A model generated the notes under the pieces. It saw only the letters and a program-made list of their open reading frames with translations, was not told the origin of the DNA and made no database searches. Source: an uncultured Actinomycetota bacterium (GTDB lineage: Bacteria > Actinomycetota > Actinomycetes > Propionibacteriales > Nocardioidaceae). From it: a DNA stretch of 64,000 bases. A program made the position numbers and the translations under genes. Numbering within the stretch: position 1 is the stretch's first letter; every line of letters starts with the position of its first letter. Location: positions 149,950 to 213,949 of the forward strand of contig CAWBSG010000008.1 in the NCBI GenBank assembly GCA_963791365.1. Reading direction: 5' to 3'. This document shows, piece after piece, positions 9,604 through 18,783 of the stretch.

Positions 9604-9721
9604 GCGGTCTCCTTGCAGTGGCCCCGGGCGTGCTCGGGGTCGGCCAGACGGCGCGCCGGTTGTGTGTGCGGCGACACATCTGGAAGAGTACGTGGAGAAC
9701 CTGCGGCGAGTCCAATGCCAC

Positions 9722-9738
9722 GCCGCAAGATTTGCGGC
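9722..9738. promoter_or_regulatory. perfect 7-3-7 palindrome GCCGCAA-GAT-TTGCGGC in the divergent kamA/kdd control region (candidate operator)
   Basis: Seen directly, 23 nt upstream of the kdd ATG, in a 157-bp divergent intergenic region. No regulator assigned. Confidence 0.3.
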
Positions 9739-9760
9739 AAGTCCCGCGTGACCAAGAAGG

Positions 9761-10837
9761 ATGACCCGAATGACCTCCCCCTCGGACATGCAGACGGAGC
9801 GCCGCACCGGCGATCCGACCGGACTGCACCGCGTCCTGGACGACGCCGTGGTGCTGCCGCAGGCGGCGCGGCGCCTCGACACTCGTGCGGACCTGTGGCC
9901 CGACGAGGTACGGGTGCGCGTCGAGCGGCTCAACCTCGACGCCGCGTCGTTCCGCCAGCTCGAGCGGAAGCACGACGGGAGTGGCGACGCCGTCCGCGCC
10001 GAGGTCCTCGACATCATCGGCGCGCGCGGCAAGATGCAGAACCCCGAGACCGGCTCCGGCGGCATGCTCGTCGGCACCGTCGAGGAGGTCGGACCCGAGT
10101 CGCCCCTCGGCCTCGAGGTCGGCGACCGGGTCGCGACCCTGGTCAGCCTCACGCTCACGCCGCTGGTCATCGAGGACGCCCTCGCCCACTGGGACGGGCG
10201 CACCGAGCAGGTGCCGTGCGACGGCTACGCCGTGCTCTTCGGCCGGTCGATCGCCGCGGTCATCCCCGACGACCTCGCACCGGCCCTCTCGCTGAGCGTG
10301 ATGGACGTCTGCGGGGCACCCGCCCTCACGGCGCGCGTCGTGGGGGAGTACGCCGCCCGCGGGCAGGACCCGGTGGTCGCGGTCATCGGCGGAGCGGGCA
10401 AGTCCGGCTCCCTCAGCCTCGCCGCAGCCCGCGCCGCCGGCGCGGCGCGCACCATCGGCATCGTTCCCCACGCCGGTGAGCACGACCTGCTGGACGGCGC
10501 GGGCATCGCCGACGTGGTCGCCATCGCCGACGCCCGCGACCCGATCGCCCTGCGCGACGCCGTCACCGCGGCCGGCGGTCCCGCCGACGTCACCGTCGTG
10601 TGCGTCGACGTCCCCGGCTGCGAGGGCGGCGCGATCCTCGCCACCGCCGAGGGCGGCACCGTCATCTTCTTCTCCATGGCCACCAGCTTCAGCGCCGCCG
10701 CGCTCGGTGCCGAGGGGCTCGCCGCCGACGTGCGGATGCTCGTCGGCAACGGCTACGTGCCCGGCCACGCGGCGTACGCCATGGAGCTCCTGCGCGCCGA
10801 CGCCGGCGTCCGCACCCTCTTCGAGCGGAGGCTCTGA
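9761..10837 (+). CDS. kdd: L-erythro-3,5-diaminohexanoate dehydrogenase
   Basis: GLHRV..LPQAA, LNLDAASFRQL, RGKMQNPETGSGGMLVG and Rossmann VIGGAGKSG match my recollection of Kdd. Position in the kam cluster supports the call. Confidence 0.8.
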   Translation: MTRMTSPSDMQTERRTGDPTGLHRVLDDAVVLPQAARRLDTRADLWPDEVRVRVERLNLDAASFRQLERKHDGSGDAVRAEVLDIIGARGKMQNPETGSGGMLVGTVEEVGPESPLGLEVGDRVATLVSLTLTPLVIEDALAHWDGRTEQVPCDGYAVLFGRSIAAVIPDDLAPALSLSVMDVCGAPALTARVVGEYAARGQDPVVAVIGGAGKSGSLSLAAARAAGAARTIGIVPHAGEHDLLDGAGIADVVAIADARDPIALRDAVTAAGGPADVTVVCVDVPGCEGGAILATAEGGTVIFFSMATSFSAAALGAEGLAADVRMLVGNGYVPGHAAYAMELLRADAGVRTLFERRL

Positions 10838-12435
10838 TGGCCCGGTCCACCAGCAGGAGCCAGCTCGGCATCGACAAGGCCGACGTACGCCGCGCGCGAG
10901 CGCTCGCCCGCCAGGTCGGCAAGCCGATCGTCGACCTCGCGACCCGGCACACCACCGTGTCCGTCGAGCGGGCCACGCTGCGCCTGGCCGGCCTCGGGGG
11001 AGCGGACCCGGACGGCACGCCGTGGGTGAACCGGCTCGCCGACGCCGTACGCGCCGACGTCGGTCTCGAGCACGGCGTCAGCCTCCCGGTCTGGGACGCG
11101 TTGCTCCGCGGGGAGGGCGACGACCTGCTCGCCCTCGCCCAGAAGGCGGCCGCCGGGTCGGTCACCTTCCGCGTGCCCGACGGCAAGGACGCCACCCGCG
11201 CCCGCTCGGCCTCGCGCAAGGCGGTCGCCGCCGGCATCAAGCAGATCGACCGGCAGCGCACCGCCCGCGAGAAGATGATCGCCAAGGTCGGCGACGCCCC
11301 GAGCAAGCCGTGGATCTACCTCATCGTCGCGACCGGCGACATCATGGAGGACATCCCGCAGGCGCAGGCCGCGGCACGCGAGGGCGCCGACGTGATCGCC
11401 GTGATCCGCTCGACCGGCCAGTCGCTGCTGGACTTCGTCCCGGAGGGTGCGACCCGCGAGGGCTTCGCCGGCACCTACGCCACCCAGGAGAACTTCCGCC
11501 TGATGCGCGCCGCGCTCGACGAGACGTCGAAGGAGCTCGGGCGCTACGTCCGGCTCACCAACTACGCCTCCGGCCTCTGCATGCCGGAGATCGCGGCGCT
11601 GGCCGGCCTCGAGCGGCTCGACATGATGCTCAACGACTCGATGTACGGCATCCTCTTCCGCGACATCAACCCGATCCGTACGTTCGTGGACCAGCGCTTC
11701 AGCCGCCAGGTCCACGCCCGCGCCGGCATCATCATCAACACCGGCGAGGACAACTACCTCACCACCGCGGACGCCGTGGAGGCGGCGCACACGGTGACGA
11801 CGAGCCAGCTGCTCAACGAGTACTTCGCCAAGGAGGCCGGGCTCGAGGACTGGCAGCTCGGCCTGGGCCACGCCTTCGAGATCGACCCGGAGGTGCCCGA
11901 CTCCTTCCGGCTCGAGCTGGCCCACGCGATGCTCGCCCGCGAGCTGTTCCCCGATGCTCCGCTCAAGTGGATGCCGCCGACGCGCCACATGACGGGCGAC
12001 ATCTTCAAGGGCTACCTCCTCGACGGGTTCTTCAACCTGGTCGGCGCCATGACCGGGCAGGGCATCCTGCTCGTCGGGATGATGACCGAGGCCGTCGTGA
12101 CGCCGTGGATCTCCGACCGCGACCTCGCCCTGCAGAACGTCCGCTACGTCATGAACGCCGCCGGCAACCTGCACGAGGACTTCCGTCCGTCGCCCGACGG
12201 ATTCATCGCCTCCCGGGCCCGTGAGGTCCTCGGCGAGGCGGTCGGGCTGATGGAGGAGATCAAGGCCGACCGGACCATCCCCGGCCAGCCGCCCCTGCTG
12301 TCCGCGATCGCCGACGGCACGTTCGGCCTGATGAAGCGTCCGGCCGACAAGGGCCGTGGTCTGGACGGCGTCGCGAAGAAGGCTGGCGACTACTACAACC
12401 CGGCGACCGAGATCCTCGAGGGAGAGCAGCGATGA
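10837..12435 (+). CDS. kamD: lysine 5,6-aminomutase alpha subunit
   Basis: A 532-aa product with KamD-like sequence (IYLIVATGDIMEDIPQAQAAAREGADVIAVIRSTGQSLLD; NTGEDNYLTTADA). TGATG junction with kdd. ATG 10837 is codon 80 of track ORF 10600..12435. Confidence 0.88.
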   Translation: MARSTSRSQLGIDKADVRRARALARQVGKPIVDLATRHTTVSVERATLRLAGLGGADPDGTPWVNRLADAVRADVGLEHGVSLPVWDALLRGEGDDLLALAQKAAAGSVTFRVPDGKDATRARSASRKAVAAGIKQIDRQRTAREKMIAKVGDAPSKPWIYLIVATGDIMEDIPQAQAAAREGADVIAVIRSTGQSLLDFVPEGATREGFAGTYATQENFRLMRAALDETSKELGRYVRLTNYASGLCMPEIAALAGLERLDMMLNDSMYGILFRDINPIRTFVDQRFSRQVHARAGIIINTGEDNYLTTADAVEAAHTVTTSQLLNEYFAKEAGLEDWQLGLGHAFEIDPEVPDSFRLELAHAMLARELFPDAPLKWMPPTRHMTGDIFKGYLLDGFFNLVGAMTGQGILLVGMMTEAVVTPWISDRDLALQNVRYVMNAAGNLHEDFRPSPDGFIASRAREVLGEAVGLMEEIKADRTIPGQPPLLSAIADGTFGLMKRPADKGRGLDGVAKKAGDYYNPATEILEGEQR

Positions 12436-13190
12436 GCCTGATCCGGCCCTACGGCGACACCACCGGCGACGGCATGGTGCAGCTGTCCTTCACCCTCCCG
12501 ATCGAGCACTCCAAGGTGGCCGAGGGCGCCGCGGTGCAGCTCGCCAACAAGATGGGCATGGACCCGGCGCTCGTCGTGCACTCCAAGGCGATGGGGGAGG
12601 GTTTCACCTTCTTCGTGGTCTACGGCCGCGTGAACCACCTCGTCGACCCCAGCACCGTCGAGGTCGTCGAGCGCGACTACCCGCTGCTGACGCCCAAGGA
12701 GGCCAACGCCGCGATCAAGCGTTCGATGCGCCGGCGCCTCGTCGTCGTGGGTGGGTGCATCGGCACCGACGCCCACACGGTCGGCATCGACGCGATCCTC
12801 AACATCAAGGGCTTCGCCGGCGAGAAGGGGCTGGAGTACTACCGCGAGCTCAAGGTGGTGAACCTCGGCGCCCAGGTCTCGGTGCCCCAGCTCGTCGAGG
12901 CCGCCCGCGAGGAGAAGGCCGACGCCGTCCTCGTCTCCCAGGTGGTCACGCAGCGCGACGCGCACCTGCTGAACACCCGCGAGATGTCCGCCGCCTTCCG
13001 CGAGGCCTACCCCGCCGCCAAGCGGCCCCTGCTCGTCGTCGGCGGTCCTCGCTTCGACGAGACCATGGCGGGCTCGCTCGGCGTGGACCGCGTCTTCACC
13101 CGCGGTACGACGCCGGGCGAGGTCGCCTCGTTCATCGTGCACCGACTGACCGGCCCCCGCCCCACGAGCAGCCAGGAGAAGGCCTCATGA
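12432..13190 (+). CDS. kamE: lysine 5,6-aminomutase beta subunit (B12-binding)
   Basis: Cobalamin-binding DxHxxG motif (GTDAHTVGID) in a Rossmann-like domain. ATGA overlap with kamD. Confidence 0.88.
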   Translation: MSLIRPYGDTTGDGMVQLSFTLPIEHSKVAEGAAVQLANKMGMDPALVVHSKAMGEGFTFFVVYGRVNHLVDPSTVEVVERDYPLLTPKEANAAIKRSMRRRLVVVGGCIGTDAHTVGIDAILNIKGFAGEKGLEYYRELKVVNLGAQVSVPQLVEAAREEKADAVLVSQVVTQRDAHLLNTREMSAAFREAYPAAKRPLLVVGGPRFDETMAGSLGVDRVFTRGTTPGEVASFIVHRLTGPRPTSSQEKAS

Positions 13191-13585
13191 GCAACGACAC
13201 GCGCGTCGGCACGGTCGTCTCCCATCGCCGCTACGTCCCCTACTCGCACGCGCACTACGCCGGCAACCTCGTCGACGGCGCCTACAGCCTCGGGCTCTTC
13301 GGCGACGTCGCCACCGAGATGTGCATCGTGCTCGACGGTGACGAGGGACTGTTCGCGTCCTACTCCGACGTGCAGTTCAAGGCCCCGGTCCGAGCCGGTG
13401 ACGTCCTCGAGATCACGGCCACGCTGGTCAAGGAGGGCACCCGGAGCCGGGTGATGGACTTCGCCGTCCACGTGGTCGGCCGGGGCGCCCCGACCGACGC
13501 CGCACCGGGTGCCGCCGAGGTCCTCGACCCGCCGGTCGTGGCGACGACGGCGACCGGCACGGTCGTCGTACCTCCCCGCTCCTGA
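13187..13585 (+). CDS. kal: 3-aminobutyryl-CoA ammonia-lyase-like hotdog-fold protein
   Basis: A 132-aa hotdog-like protein immediately after kamE with an ATGA overlap, which is the position kal takes in lysine-fermentation operons. Confidence 0.7.
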   Translation: MSNDTRVGTVVSHRRYVPYSHAHYAGNLVDGAYSLGLFGDVATEMCIVLDGDEGLFASYSDVQFKAPVRAGDVLEITATLVKEGTRSRVMDFAVHVVGRGAPTDAAPGAAEVLDPPVVATTATGTVVVPPRS

Positions 13586-13603
13586 GCGGCTCTCGACACC
13601 GAT

Positions 13604-13631
13604 GTCGGCGTGTCCTCGACGACACGCCGAC
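13604..13631 (+). terminator. stem-loop after kal (11-bp perfect stem GTCGGCGTGTC / GACACGCCGAC)
   Basis: Seen directly, 19 nt after the kal stop. There is no U-tract, which is common in high-GC actinobacteria. Confidence 0.5.
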
Positions 13632-13977
13632 CGCGCAGCGATTTGAACGAAGAATGTGCTGGGGTCGCCGATGCGTTGACCTGCGGTTTCGCGCGTTCGT
13701 GCAGGTCAGGCCCGTGTTGACACCCGGCGCCACGAGAGGGATCGTTCCCGCGTCCGCCTGTGCAGCTCGTGGGTGGCGTGTCGGCAGCGGGAGGTCAGAC
13801 GTGGGGTACGCGAAGCCAGCGATGCCCACCGTCCGGCGTCTTGTCGAGAGCGCCCCGCGGGAGCCGGATGCGGGAGGAACCACGCGGCCTTAGACAACTC
13901 CGCGTGATCGCCAGCCAGGCGGTCGCGCGTTGGTCCGAAGCCGCGGCGTTCCTCCCGCGCCCTGCAGGCCTGCTCGG

Positions 13978-15534
13978 ATGCAGGCGTCGGCTACGGTCTG
14001 CATCGTGCCGCTCCGCTGCCTCGTCGCCCTGGTCGGCGGACTCGTGCTGGCAGCGGCCTTCGAGCCCGTCGGCCTCGCCTGGCTGATGCCGCCGGCGATC
14101 GCCGCGCTGGTGCTGTCCGTTCGCGGCCTGGGGCCGGGCCGGGCCTGGATCCCGACGCTGCTCTTCGGGATCACCTTCACCTACGCCGTGATGGTGTGGA
14201 TGCGTTCGGTCGGAACCGACGCGTGGATCGCGATGTGCGCGCTCGAGGCGTCGTTCTTCGTGCCGCTCGGCCTCGGGCTCGCGTGGAGCACGCGGCTGCG
14301 GGCGTGGCCCGTCTGGACGGCGCTGTGGTGGGTCGGGATCGAGACCTGGCGCAGCGGGTTCCCCTTCAGCGGGATGCCGTTCGGCCGCCTCGCCTACGCC
14401 ACGGCCGGCACGCCCTGGGCCGAGGCGCTGCCGTGGGTCGGGATGACCGGGGTGAGCCTGCTCGTCGCCCTCACGGGTACGACGCTGGCGTGGCTGCTGC
14501 TGCACGTGCGTGAGCGCCGGGCGCTCGTCGTGGTCGCGGGGCTGGCGGCCGTCACGGTCGCTCCGGTGCTGCTGCCGTTCCAGGTGACCGAGTCCGGGAC
14601 GTCGACGGTCGCCGCCGTCCAGGGCGACGTGCCCGGCACCGGGCTCGACGTCGTGGCCCACCACCGCGAGGTGACGGCCAACCACGTGCGCCTCACCGAG
14701 GAGCTGGCCGACGCGGTCGCGGCGGGCCGCCGCACCGAACCCGACTTCGTGGTGTGGCCGGAGAACTCCACCGCCGTCGACCCCTTCACCGACGAGGGCG
14801 TCCACGCCGCCATCATCGCCGCCTCGGACGCGATCGGCGTGCCGATCCTCGTCGGCGCCGTCTCCGGCGACCCGCTCGACGAGACCCACGTGCTCAACCA
14901 GGGGATCGTCTACCGCCCCGGGCTCGGCAGCGGTGACCGCTACACGAAGCTCCACCCGGTGCCGTACGGCGAGTACATCCCGTTCCGCGGCAGCCTGATC
15001 CCGTCGACCTACGGCAAGCTGACGATGGTGCCGCGCGACATGGTGCGCGGCGCGAGCCTGGAGCCGATCAGGGTCGGCGACGTCCTCGTCGCCGACGCGA
15101 TCTGCTTCGACGTCGCCTACGACGACGGCATCGGCGGCCAGGTCGCCCGCGGTGCCCAGCTGGTCACCGTGCAGACGAGCAACGCGATGTTCAGCCGGAC
15201 CGGGCAGCTGGCCCAGCAGTTCGAGATCAGCAGGCTGCGGGCGCAGGAGACCGGTCGATGGGTCGTCGTCGCGGCCGTCAACGGCATCTCCGGCGTCATC
15301 CGCCCCGACGGCGAGGTCGTCGCCTCGGTCCCGGCGCGTGGGCAGGAGGTGCTGGTCGAGACCGTGGGCCTGAGCACGACGACGACACCGGCCGTACGCC
15401 TCGGGGTCTGGCCGGCTCGCGCGCTCCTCGGCTTTCTGGTCCTGCACACGGCGGTCGTCGTGATCACCTATCGTCGTCGCCGACGGGGCGACCGCGCCGT
15501 CGACGCCGGTGTGGAGCGGAGTGGGACGACGTGA
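13978..15534 (+). CDS. lnt: apolipoprotein N-acyltransferase
   Basis: Polytopic N-terminus plus a CN-hydrolase domain carrying the E-K-C triad context (VVWPENS; YTKLHPVPYGEY; ADAICFD). ATG 13978 is preferred over TTG 13930. Confidence 0.85.
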   Translation: MQASATVCIVPLRCLVALVGGLVLAAAFEPVGLAWLMPPAIAALVLSVRGLGPGRAWIPTLLFGITFTYAVMVWMRSVGTDAWIAMCALEASFFVPLGLGLAWSTRLRAWPVWTALWWVGIETWRSGFPFSGMPFGRLAYATAGTPWAEALPWVGMTGVSLLVALTGTTLAWLLLHVRERRALVVVAGLAAVTVAPVLLPFQVTESGTSTVAAVQGDVPGTGLDVVAHHREVTANHVRLTEELADAVAAGRRTEPDFVVWPENSTAVDPFTDEGVHAAIIAASDAIGVPILVGAVSGDPLDETHVLNQGIVYRPGLGSGDRYTKLHPVPYGEYIPFRGSLIPSTYGKLTMVPRDMVRGASLEPIRVGDVLVADAICFDVAYDDGIGGQVARGAQLVTVQTSNAMFSRTGQLAQQFEISRLRAQETGRWVVVAAVNGISGVIRPDGEVVASVPARGQEVLVETVGLSTTTTPAVRLGVWPARALLGFLVLHTAVVVITYRRRRRGDRAVDAGVERSGTT

Positions 15535-16283
15535 GCGTCGAAGGCCTCGGGCGGGTCGTGATGGTGATCCCGACCTACAACGAGTCGGAGAACCTCGAGT
15601 GGATCGTGGGTCGGCTCCGCGAGGCCCAGCCGGGGGTCGAGGTGATGGTCGTCGACGACAACAGTCCCGATGGCACCGGAGCGATCGCCGACCGGATGGC
15701 CGCAGAGGACCGGGCGGTGACGGTCGTGCACCGCACCGAGAAGGCCGGGCTGGGGGTCGCCTACCTCAACGGCTTCGACGTGGCTCTCACGGCAGGCTAC
15801 GACGTGATCGGCCAGATGGACGCCGACGGCTCGCACCAGCCCGAGCAGCTGCACCGGCTGCTCGACGCGCTGCGCACCGCCGACATGGTGATCGGGTCGC
15901 GCTACGTGCCCGGCGGCTCCGTCGTCAACTGGCCGCTCCAGCGCCTCGCGCTCTCCCGCGGCGGCAACCTCTACGTGCGCATGCTGCTCGGGATCAAGAT
16001 CAAGGACGCCACCGCCGGTTTCCGCCTCTTCCGTCGCTCGACGCTCGAGGCGATCGACCTTGGGTCGGTGCTGTCTACTGGATACGTGTTCCAGACCGAC
16101 CTCGCCTATCGCACGGCCAGCCGCGGCCTGAGGGTCACGGAGGTGCCGATCGAGTTCATCGAGCGCGTGCGCGGCGACTCCAAGATGAGCGGGCAGGTGG
16201 CGAGCGAGTCGCTCAAGCTGATCACCCGCTGGGGCCTGTCCGAGCGCCTCGCGCAGCTGCGCCGGCGCGGGAGCTCGACGTGA
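15531..16283 (+). CDS. ppm1: polyprenol monophosphomannose synthase (GT2)
   Basis: VIPTYNESENL, VVDDNSPDGT and DADGSHQP. GTGA overlap with lnt. lnt-ppm1 adjacency is known from mycobacteria. Confidence 0.9.
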   Translation: MSVEGLGRVVMVIPTYNESENLEWIVGRLREAQPGVEVMVVDDNSPDGTGAIADRMAAEDRAVTVVHRTEKAGLGVAYLNGFDVALTAGYDVIGQMDADGSHQPEQLHRLLDALRTADMVIGSRYVPGGSVVNWPLQRLALSRGGNLYVRMLLGIKIKDATAGFRLFRRSTLEAIDLGSVLSTGYVFQTDLAYRTASRGLRVTEVPIEFIERVRGDSKMSGQVASESLKLITRWGLSERLAQLRRRGSST

Positions 16284-16792
16284 GCCAGCCCGCGTCGCCA
16301 CGACGTACGTCGGCCCGCCGCCGCGGGTGGGTGCGTCCGGCCCTCGCGGCCGCGTTCGTGCTGGTGCCGCTCGTCGAGATCTGGGCGATCCTCCAGGTCG
16401 GCCGGCTGGTCGGCCCGTGGTGGACCATCGCCCTGCTCGTCCTCGACTCGATGATCGGCGCGTGGCTGATCAAGCGGGAGGGTGGCCGTGCCTGGAAGGC
16501 GCTGCGGGAGGCCCTCCAGGGCGGCCGGATGCCGGCCAAGGAGATCGCGGACGGCGCGCTCATCCTGATCGGCGGCACCCTCATGCTGAGCCCGGGCTTC
16601 GTCCTGGACATCGCGGGGATCCTGCTGATCCTGCCCTTCACACGTCCGGTCGCCCGGCGCATGCTCACCTCGGTGGTCGAGCGCCGGCTCGTCGTCGGGC
16701 CCGTCTTCGGCGGTCCCTTCGGGTCCGGAGACGACAGACGCCCCGGACCCGGGCCCGAAGGCCCGGTCGTCCGGGGCGACGTCGTCGACTGA
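16280..16792 (+). CDS. fxsA: FxsA family membrane protein
   Basis: FxsA-like TM segments and LMLSPGFVLDIAGILLILPFTRP. GTGA overlap with ppm1. Confidence 0.85.
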   Translation: MSQPASPRRTSARRRGWVRPALAAAFVLVPLVEIWAILQVGRLVGPWWTIALLVLDSMIGAWLIKREGGRAWKALREALQGGRMPAKEIADGALILIGGTLMLSPGFVLDIAGILLILPFTRPVARRMLTSVVERRLVVGPVFGGPFGSGDDRRPGPGPEGPVVRGDVVD

Positions 16793-16806
16793 GCGGGAGC
16801 CCAGTC

Positions 16807-17187
16807 TCAGCTGACCCGCTTCTTGCGGTTCGCGCGGTGCAGGTGCGCGGGGCCGATCTCGCCGCCGCGCAGCAGCTCGAGGCGCTCCTTGAGGATGTCC
16901 TCGAGCTCCTTCTCCGAGCGGCGCTCCAGGAGCATGTCCCAATGCGTACGAGCGGGCTTCTCGACCTTGGCCTCGGGCAGGATGCCCGCCGTGCTGAGTG
17001 CCTCCGCCCCACAACGGGGACACTCCCAGACCGCCGGGATGTCGGCCTCGACCGACATCGTCACCTCGAACTCGTGACCCTGCTTGCATTGATAGCCGAC
17101 CTGCTGACGAGCCGCGAACTCGATGCCACGCTCGTCCTCAAAGCTCTGGCCACCGAGCCTCGCGCCACGCAGTGTGCGCTCCGCCAC
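16807..17187 (-). CDS. rbpA: RNA polymerase-binding protein RbpA
   Basis: RTHWDMLLERRSEKELEDILKERLELLR and LRGARLG match RbpA. Cys-containing core (CKQGHEF...CPRCG). GTG 17187 is codon 65 of the track ORF, with SD GGAGGTGG upstream. Confidence 0.9.
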   Translation of the reverse strand: MAERTLRGARLGGQSFEDERGIEFAARQQVGYQCKQGHEFEVTMSVEADIPAVWECPRCGAEALSTAGILPEAKVEKPARTHWDMLLERRSEKELEDILKERLELLRGGEIGPAHLHRANRKKRVS

Positions 17188-17373
17188 CGTGCCACCTCCA
17201 GTTGGGTTGCTGACCCCGTTGTGTGTACCGGGTTGTAGATGAGACGGGCCAGGACCTGGTCCGTGACGCCGCTCGTGACGGCGAGGTCCGCCTCCGTGAT
17301 CTTTCAACGGTAGCGGGGGCGCCCGCATTCCGCGGATTCGCTGCGCCCCGGTCGGGCGCTCAGGCGTGGCGTA

Positions 17374-17393
17374 CTGCACCCATAGGGGTGCAG
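17374..17393 (-). terminator. 8-bp stem-loop CTGCACCC-ATAG-GGGTGCAG downstream of the MFS gene
   Basis: Seen directly, 35 nt after the stop at 17428 on the minus strand. Confidence 0.4.
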
Positions 17394-17427
17394 CGCCCCG
17401 AGGGTGACCGCTCGGCGAGGGTGTGAC

Positions 17428-18783
17428 TCAGATCACACGCGGGACGTCGTTGCCGGCGTCGCGGATGCCGCGTTCGGTGTCGACCCGCGTGAGCAGGAGG
17501 CCACCGATGACGAAGAAGGCGATGAGCGCGAAGATGGCCGGGCGGTAGGAGTCCGTCACGGCCAGGACGATGCCGAACGTGGCGGTCCCGAACCACGACG
17601 TGCCGCGGTCCATCGCGTGGTAGAAGCTGAAGTACTCCGCCTCCTTGCCCCGCGGGATGAGGAGGGAGAAGTACGACCTGGCCAGCGCCTGCGTCCCGCC
17701 CAGGACGATGCCGATGGCAGCGCCCAGGATCAGGAAGAACGGCACGTTGCCGGCCGGCAGGAAGAGCGCCACCGTGACGATGACGCACCAGATCGCGAGG
17801 CCGAACAGGATCGTGCGCTTGGCGCCCCACGTGGCCGCGAGCCGCCCGAAGATCAGCGCGCCGCCGAACGCGACGAACTGCACCATCAGGATCGTCGCGA
17901 TGAGGATCGTCTGCGAGTGGCCGAGCTCCTCCGATCCGAACACGGAGGCCGACGCGATCACGGTCTGGATGCCGTCGTTGAAGAACAGGTAGGCGAACAG
18001 GAAGGTGAGCGCCATCGGGTAGCTGCGCATGTCGCGGAGAGTGGCCGCCAGCTGCCCGAAGCTCCGCCGCAGCGCGTTGCCCTCGACGTGCTCGACGTCG
18101 ACCGGCGGGTGGTCCTTGAGCCGCAGGTAGGGGATGAAGGTGAATCCCGCCCACCACGCGGCCGCCGAGAGCATGCACAGGCGCGCGGCGAGGCCCTCGT
18201 CGAGACCGATCGCGTCGCGGCCGAGGTAGACGCCGAGGTTGAGCACGAGGAGGAGGCCGCCGCCGAGGTAGCCGAAGGCCCACCCGCGCGATGACACCCG
18301 GTCCCGGTCGTCCTCGTCGGAGATCAGCGGCAGGATCGAGTCGTTGACCACTCCGGCGGCGCCGAAGAACAGGTTGCCGAGCACGATGCCCACCGCGGCG
18401 AGCAGCCAGTTGTCACCGGTCGCGAAGAAGATCAGGGCCGCGAAGAACGAGCCCGTCCACGCCAGCGTCGCGAGCAGGCGCTTCTTGTTGGCCACCCGGT
18501 CGGCGTAGGCGCCCAGCGGCGGCAGGATCACCGCGGACAGGATGGTGGACACGGTGATCAGCCAGAAGAACAGCGAGTCCGGCGGCAGCGTGAACGGTCC
18601 GACGTCGAAGCGCCCGTCCTCGCCGCCGACGGCGTTCTCGGCCAGGCTGATGAAGTAGGGACCGAAGAAGACGGTGCCGATGGTGGTCGTGTAGGCGCTG
18701 TTGGCCCAGTCGTACCAGTACCAGGCCTTCTGCTCGTGGGCCTGCTCGAGCGGCTGCAGGTTGGCGATTCCGTCGGTCGTCAT
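17428..18783 (-). CDS. MFS transporter, UMF1 (Atg22-like) family
   Basis: N-terminal KAWYWYDWANSAYTTT signature and about 12 TM segments. Confidence 0.8.
   Translation of the reverse strand: MTTDGIANLQPLEQAHEQKAWYWYDWANSAYTTTIGTVFFGPYFISLAENAVGGEDGRFDVGPFTLPPDSLFFWLITVSTILSAVILPPLGAYADRVANKKRLLATLAWTGSFFAALIFFATGDNWLLAAVGIVLGNLFFGAAGVVNDSILPLISDEDDRDRVSSRGWAFGYLGGGLLLVLNLGVYLGRDAIGLDEGLAARLCMLSAAAWWAGFTFIPYLRLKDHPPVDVEHVEGNALRRSFGQLAATLRDMRSYPMALTFLFAYLFFNDGIQTVIASASVFGSEELGHSQTILIATILMVQFVAFGGALIFGRLAATWGAKRTILFGLAIWCVIVTVALFLPAGNVPFFLILGAAIGIVLGGTQALARSYFSLLIPRGKEAEYFSFYHAMDRGTSWFGTATFGIVLAVTDSYRPAIFALIAFFVIGGLLLTRVDTERGIRDAGNDVPRVI

Noticed and set aside
9732-9741. The 10-nt identity TTGCGGCAAG between the kdd-proximal palindrome and the RAE-like element at 34455-34464, which might indicate a second RAE.
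   Set aside because: It lacks the GGGG/CCCC clamps and the RAE symmetry. A 10-mer coincidence in 128 kb of GC-biased sequence is not improbable.
9604-9760. A lysine (L-box) or cobalamin riboswitch in the kamA/kdd intergenic region.
   Set aside because: The divergent gap is only 157 bp and is shared by two promoters. I could find none of the conserved core motifs of either class.
7811-10768. A very long (985 aa) minus-strand ORF. Similar giant ORFs include 2139..4199 (-), 28741..31482 (-), 45510..48140 (-), 55672..58386 (+), 52312..54216 (+) and 39228..40580 (+).
   Set aside because: These are shadow ORFs typical of high-GC DNA. They are Arg/Ala/Pro/Gly-rich and low in complexity. Each lies antisense or out of frame to a gene with clear family motifs (kamA/kdd, helY, uvrA paralog, sbcC, gcvP, SPFH, RTX).
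13930-13977. TTG 13930 as the lnt start, as in the ORF track.
   Set aside because: The added 16 residues (VRSRGVPPAPCRPAR) are not membrane-protein-like and overlap a strong stem. ATG 13978 is preferred but not proven.
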